A DNA stretch of 64,000 nt from Burkholderiales bacterium. GTDB taxonomy: Bacteria; Pseudomonadota; Gammaproteobacteria; Burkholderiales; Burkholderiaceae_C. Where the stretch lies: NCBI GenBank assembly GCA_025350145.1, contig JANXYH010000129.1, forward strand, positions 3,573-67,572. Direction: 5' to 3'. The translations under genes were made by a program, and so were the position numbers. Positions 60,454-64,000 of this stretch are shown one piece after another. The number at the start of each line of letters is the position of its first letter. The first letter of the stretch is position 1. Below the pieces are notes generated by a model that saw only the letters and a program-made list of their open reading frames with translations, had not been told where the DNA came from and ran no database searches.

Positions 60454-62016
60454 ATGAGCCACCTGCTCACCGTGTCGGACGCGATCGCGTCGCACGCCCG
60501 CCTGCAGCCGACGAAGATCGGCACCCGCGATTCGAAGCGCAGCCTGAGCTTCGCCGACTGGGACCAGCGCGCCGGCCGGCTGTCGAGCAGCCTGCTCGGC
60601 TTGGGACTCGTGAAGGGCGACCGTGTCGTGCTGCTGGCCTACAACTGCGTCGAATGGATGGAGATCTACGTCGCACTGGCGCGCGCCGGCCTGGTCGCGG
60701 TGCCGGTCAACTTCCGCCTGCTGGCAGCGGAGATCGCCTACATCGCCGCACACAGCGAAGCGCGCGCAGTCATCGTCCAGGACGACCTGCGAGACCGCGT
60801 CGAAACGCTGCGCGCCGATTCACCGATTGCCGCCAACTGCTGGATCCACTTCGGCGCCGCCACGCCGGCCGGCTGGCAGGGTTACGAAGACCTGATCGGC
60901 CGCGCGCCGGCCGGCACGCCGGCGCTCGAAGTGAAGCCGCAGGACCCGTTCGCGCTGATGTACACCTCGGGCACCACCGGGCGGCCCAAGGGCGCGATCC
61001 GCAATCACGAAGGCAACGCGCTGCTGGCGCTGGCGACGGCGCTCGAGTTCGGCTTCTCGCGCGACGACACCGGCCTGCTGGTGATGCCGATGTGCCATGC
61101 GAACTCGCTCTACTTCGGCCTCACCTTCATGTACCTGGGCGCGACCATCGTCGTCGACGACCGCAAGAGCTTCGACCCCGAAGGCCTGCTCGAAACACTG
61201 GCGCGCGACAAGGTCACCTTCACCTCGCTGGTGCCGACGCACTACATCATGATGCTGGCCCTGCCCGATGCGGTGAAGGCGCGTTATGACGTCAGCGCAG
61301 TGGACAAGCTGCTGATCTCGTCGGCACCGGCCCGCAAGGACACCAAGCTTGCGATCCTGTCGCACTTCGCCAATTCGCGTCTGTTCGAGCTCTACGGGGC
61401 CACCGAGACCGGCTGGGTCACGCTGTTGCGGCCCGAGCAGCAGATCGACAGGCTCGGCTCGGTCGGGCGCGAATGGGCCGGCTCGGGCGCGATCCGGATC
61501 CTGGACCCCGAAGGCAGGGAAGTGGCAGACGGCGAGGTCGGCGAGTTGTTCTCGCGGACTTCGTACGTATTCGACGGCTACTGGAAGAGCCCTGAGAAGA
61601 CCGCCGAGGCCTTTCGCGGCGAATGGTGTTCGGTCGGCGACATGGCGCGGCGCGATGCCGATGGCTATATCCACCTGGTCGACCGCAAGAGCAACATGAT
61701 CATCAGCGGCGGCGAAAACATCTACCCGTCCGAGGTCGAAGGCGTGCTCGGCGCCTTCCCCAAGGTCAAGGACGTCGCTGTGATCGGCGTTCCCGATGCC
61801 AAGTGGGGCGAGGCGGTGATGGCGGTGGTGGTGCTGCACGACGGCCAGCAGGCCACCGAGGCCGAGTTGCAGGACTGGTGCCGCGAGCGCGTGGCCGGCT
61901 ACAAGCGGCCGCGCAGCATCGTCTTCATCGCCGACGCCGAGATGCCGCGCACCGCCACCGGCAAGATCCTGCACCGCACGCTGCGCGAGCGCGTCGTCAG
62001 CACCGCCACGCATTGA
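60454..62016 (+). CDS. AMP-dependent acyl-CoA synthetase/ligase (LvaE-like position)
   Basis: 520 aa with AGGAGA as RBS. The AMP-binding motif is YTSGTTGRPKG. It also has GWV...GD and a C-terminal TATGKI. Confidence 0.92.
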   Translation: MSHLLTVSDAIASHARLQPTKIGTRDSKRSLSFADWDQRAGRLSSSLLGLGLVKGDRVVLLAYNCVEWMEIYVALARAGLVAVPVNFRLLAAEIAYIAAHSEARAVIVQDDLRDRVETLRADSPIAANCWIHFGAATPAGWQGYEDLIGRAPAGTPALEVKPQDPFALMYTSGTTGRPKGAIRNHEGNALLALATALEFGFSRDDTGLLVMPMCHANSLYFGLTFMYLGATIVVDDRKSFDPEGLLETLARDKVTFTSLVPTHYIMMLALPDAVKARYDVSAVDKLLISSAPARKDTKLAILSHFANSRLFELYGATETGWVTLLRPEQQIDRLGSVGREWAGSGAIRILDPEGREVADGEVGELFSRTSYVFDGYWKSPEKTAEAFRGEWCSVGDMARRDADGYIHLVDRKSNMIISGGENIYPSEVEGVLGAFPKVKDVAVIGVPDAKWGEAVMAVVVLHDGQQATEAELQDWCRERVAGYKRPRSIVFIADAEMPRTATGKILHRTLRERVVSTATH

Positions 62017-62040
62017 CACGGAGCGCGTTGCGACTGCGGC

Positions 62041-63000
62041 ATGCAGCAGTTCCTGCTCGTCACCGTTCCGTTCTTCGCACTGGTGCTGTGTGGCTGGCTA
62101 GTCGCGCGCGTGCGATTGCTGCCGCTGGAGGCGATCCCAGGGCTAAACGCCTTCGTGCTGTCCTTCGCCCTGCCCTGCATGCTGTACCGCTTCGCGGCCA
62201 CGACGCCGATCCTGCTTCTGCTCGACCCGACGGTATCGACGGTTTATCTGCTGTGCGCGCTGCTGATGGTGGCGCTGACGATCGTCACCACGCGCCGCGG
62301 TGCCATCGGCTGGAACGACGCGTCATTCGGCGCTCTCGTCGCGGCGTTTCCGAACTCGGGCTTCATGGGCGTGCCGCTGTTGGTCGCGCTGCTGGGCCAG
62401 GCCGCAGCGGGCCCGGCCATCGTCGCGCTGGCGATCGACATGGTGGTGACCTCGTCGCTGTGCATTGCGCTGTCGCGCCTGGACGGCGCCAGCGAGCACG
62501 GCGTGTCGCGCGCCGTCGGCAACGCGTTGAAGGGCATGCTGAGAAACCCGCTGCCGTGGTCGATCGGGCTCGGCTGCCTCACCGCCGCCACCGGATTCCA
62601 GCTCTGGGAGCCGGTGCGCAACACCGTCGGCATGCTGGCCGACGGCGCATCGCCGGTGGCGCTGTTCACGATCGGCGCGGTGCTTGCACGGCCGCAGCCG
62701 GTGGTGGAGACGACTGCCGGGCGCGGTCTCGGCGACGTGCCGCTGGTCGTGTTCTTCAAGCTCATCGTCCACCCGGCGCTGGTGCTCGGCATCGGCAAGC
62801 TGGCGCAGGCCGCCGGCGTGCCGCTGAGCGGCTTTGCGCTGAGCGTGCTCGTGCTCATCGCGGCGCTGCCCAGCGCCAGCAGCATTCCGATGCTCGCCGA
62901 ACGCTACAGTGCCGACGTCGGCCGCGTCGCGCGTATCGTGCTGTTCGCCACGGCCGTCTCCTTCGTCACGTTCTCCGCAGTGGTCGCGCTGCTGGTCTGA
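62041..63000 (+). CDS. AEC-family (auxin efflux carrier-like) transporter
   Basis: 319 aa with about 10 TM segments and a typical N-terminus (PFFALVLCGW...). Confidence 0.85.
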   Translation: MQQFLLVTVPFFALVLCGWLVARVRLLPLEAIPGLNAFVLSFALPCMLYRFAATTPILLLLDPTVSTVYLLCALLMVALTIVTTRRGAIGWNDASFGALVAAFPNSGFMGVPLLVALLGQAAAGPAIVALAIDMVVTSSLCIALSRLDGASEHGVSRAVGNALKGMLRNPLPWSIGLGCLTAATGFQLWEPVRNTVGMLADGASPVALFTIGAVLARPQPVVETTAGRGLGDVPLVVFFKLIVHPALVLGIGKLAQAAGVPLSGFALSVLVLIAALPSASSIPMLAERYSADVGRVARIVLFATAVSFVTFSAVVALLV

Positions 63001-63013
63001 AGAACACTTCGCC

Positions 63014-64000
63014 ATGACACAGCCTGCCGGGACGCCCACGCCCTACTCGCTGCACGTTGAAGACCACGTGCTCGACGACCTGCGCCGACGCCTGGCGCAC
63101 ACCCGCTGGCCCGACGAGCCGCCCGGCCCGGCGTGGTCCACCGGCAGCAGCGTCGCTTACATGAAGGCCTTGACCGAACACTGGCGCAGCGGGTTCGACT
63201 GGCGCGCCCATGAGGCCGCACTCAACGGCTTGCGCCAGTTCACCGTGCCGCTCGCCGGCATCGACCTGCATTTCATCCACGAGCCGGGCCGCGGGCCGGC
63301 GCCGATGCCGCTGCTGCTGTCGCACGGCTGGCCGGGCTCGGTATTCGAGTTCCGCCGCCTGATTCCGCTGCTCACCGACCCCGCGCGCTTCGGCGGCGAC
63401 CCGGCGGACGCGTTCAGCGTCGTCGCGCCGTCGCTGCCGGGCTTCACGCTGTCGTTCAAGCCGGGACAACCGCGCTTCGGCGCCGAGGAGATGGCCGATG
63501 CCTTCGCCACGCTGATGACCGACGTGCTCGGCTACCCGCGCTTCGTGGCGCAAGGCGGCGACTGGGGCTCGTTCATCAGCTCGCGTCTGGGCTACAGCCA
63601 CCCCGAACGCGTGATCGGCATCCACCTGAACCTGCTGGCCGTGCCGCGCGATCCGAAGGGGCTGAAGAACCCCACGGCCGAGCAGCGACGCTACCTGAAC
63701 GAACTGAGCCACTTCCTGAAGGAGGAGACGGGCTACCAGGCGATCCAGGGCACCAAGCCGCAGACACTGGCCTTCGCGCTGACCGATTCACCCGCCGGCC
63801 TGGCGGCCTGGATCGTCGAGAAGTTTCGCAGCTGGACCGACAACGACGGCGACCCGGCCAGTGCGGTGCCGCTCGACGAGATGCTCGCCAACATTACGCT
63901 CTACTGGGCCACAGGCGCCGTGGGTTCGTCGTTCTGGCCCTACTACGCGCGCATGCACCGGGAGTGGCCGGTTCCCGCGGGCAAGACGGTGGACGTGCCG
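63014..64000 (+). CDS. epoxide hydrolase (microsomal-type N-domain + alpha/beta hydrolase), 3'-truncated by the window end
   Basis: It is not in the ORF track because it has no stop in the window. Manual translation from ATG 63014 gives MTQPAGTPTPYSLHVEDHVLDDLRRRLAHTRWPD...IDLHFIHE...LLLSHGWPGSVFEF...GGDWGS. Confidence 0.85.
   Translation, partial: MTQPAGTPTPYSLHVEDHVLDDLRRRLAHTRWPDEPPGPAWSTGSSVAYMKALTEHWRSGFDWRAHEAALNGLRQFTVPLAGIDLHFIHEPGRGPAPMPLLLSHGWPGSVFEFRRLIPLLTDPARFGGDPADAFSVVAPSLPGFTLSFKPGQPRFGAEEMADAFATLMTDVLGYPRFVAQGGDWGSFISSRLGYSHPERVIGIHLNLLAVPRDPKGLKNPTAEQRRYLNELSHFLKEETGYQAIQGTKPQTLAFALTDSPAGLAAWIVEKFRSWTDNDGDPASAVPLDEMLANITLYWATGAVGSSFWPYYARMHREWPVPAGKTVDVP

Overview
High-GC (probably Burkholderiales/Comamonadaceae-like, inferred from the mltG-tmk-holB-pilZ-tatD synteny) chromosomal window that is almost fully coding. 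Calls rest on recognisable motifs in the ORF translations and on start/stop geometry read from the DNA. No searches were run. Gene blocks in order: (1) housekeeping genes recJ, a PHP phosphoesterase, mobA/fdhD, a YrdC-like protein, ridA and plsY. (2) A selenocysteine block on the minus strand: a thioredoxin-fusion protein, a selenoprotein with an in-frame UGA (U-G-S-C motif) and SECIS-like hairpin, then selA, selB and tRNA-Sec. (3) An aldolase, a small secreted pair, hsp20 and tsaD, the last two separated by a 5 x 30-bp tandem repeat. (4) ankyrin-tatD-pilZ-holB-tmk-mltG, then ygfZ. (5) A LacI-controlled uncharacterised catabolic locus: TonB receptor, two CUT1-type ABC systems, two SnoaL-like proteins, a cupin, a MetE-like protein and an HpcH aldolase carrying an in-frame poly-Gly repeat. 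(6) aceA and a GATase/GS-like/DMT module. (7) dusA with an upstream HepT/MNT toxin-antitoxin cassette bracketed by about 81-bp direct repeats, then tcuAB and a decayed transposase. (8) The most unusual locus: a tightly coupled operon TRAP-ThDP enzyme-ACAD-SDR-PhaE-like-class III PhaC-APH-like kinase-GntR, divergent from an acyl-CoA synthetase. It joins a levulinate/4-hydroxyacid (lva-like) CoA pathway to a PHA synthase and has a repeated TCTGAATTC operator motif. The window ends in a 3'-truncated epoxide hydrolase gene that is absent from the ORF track.
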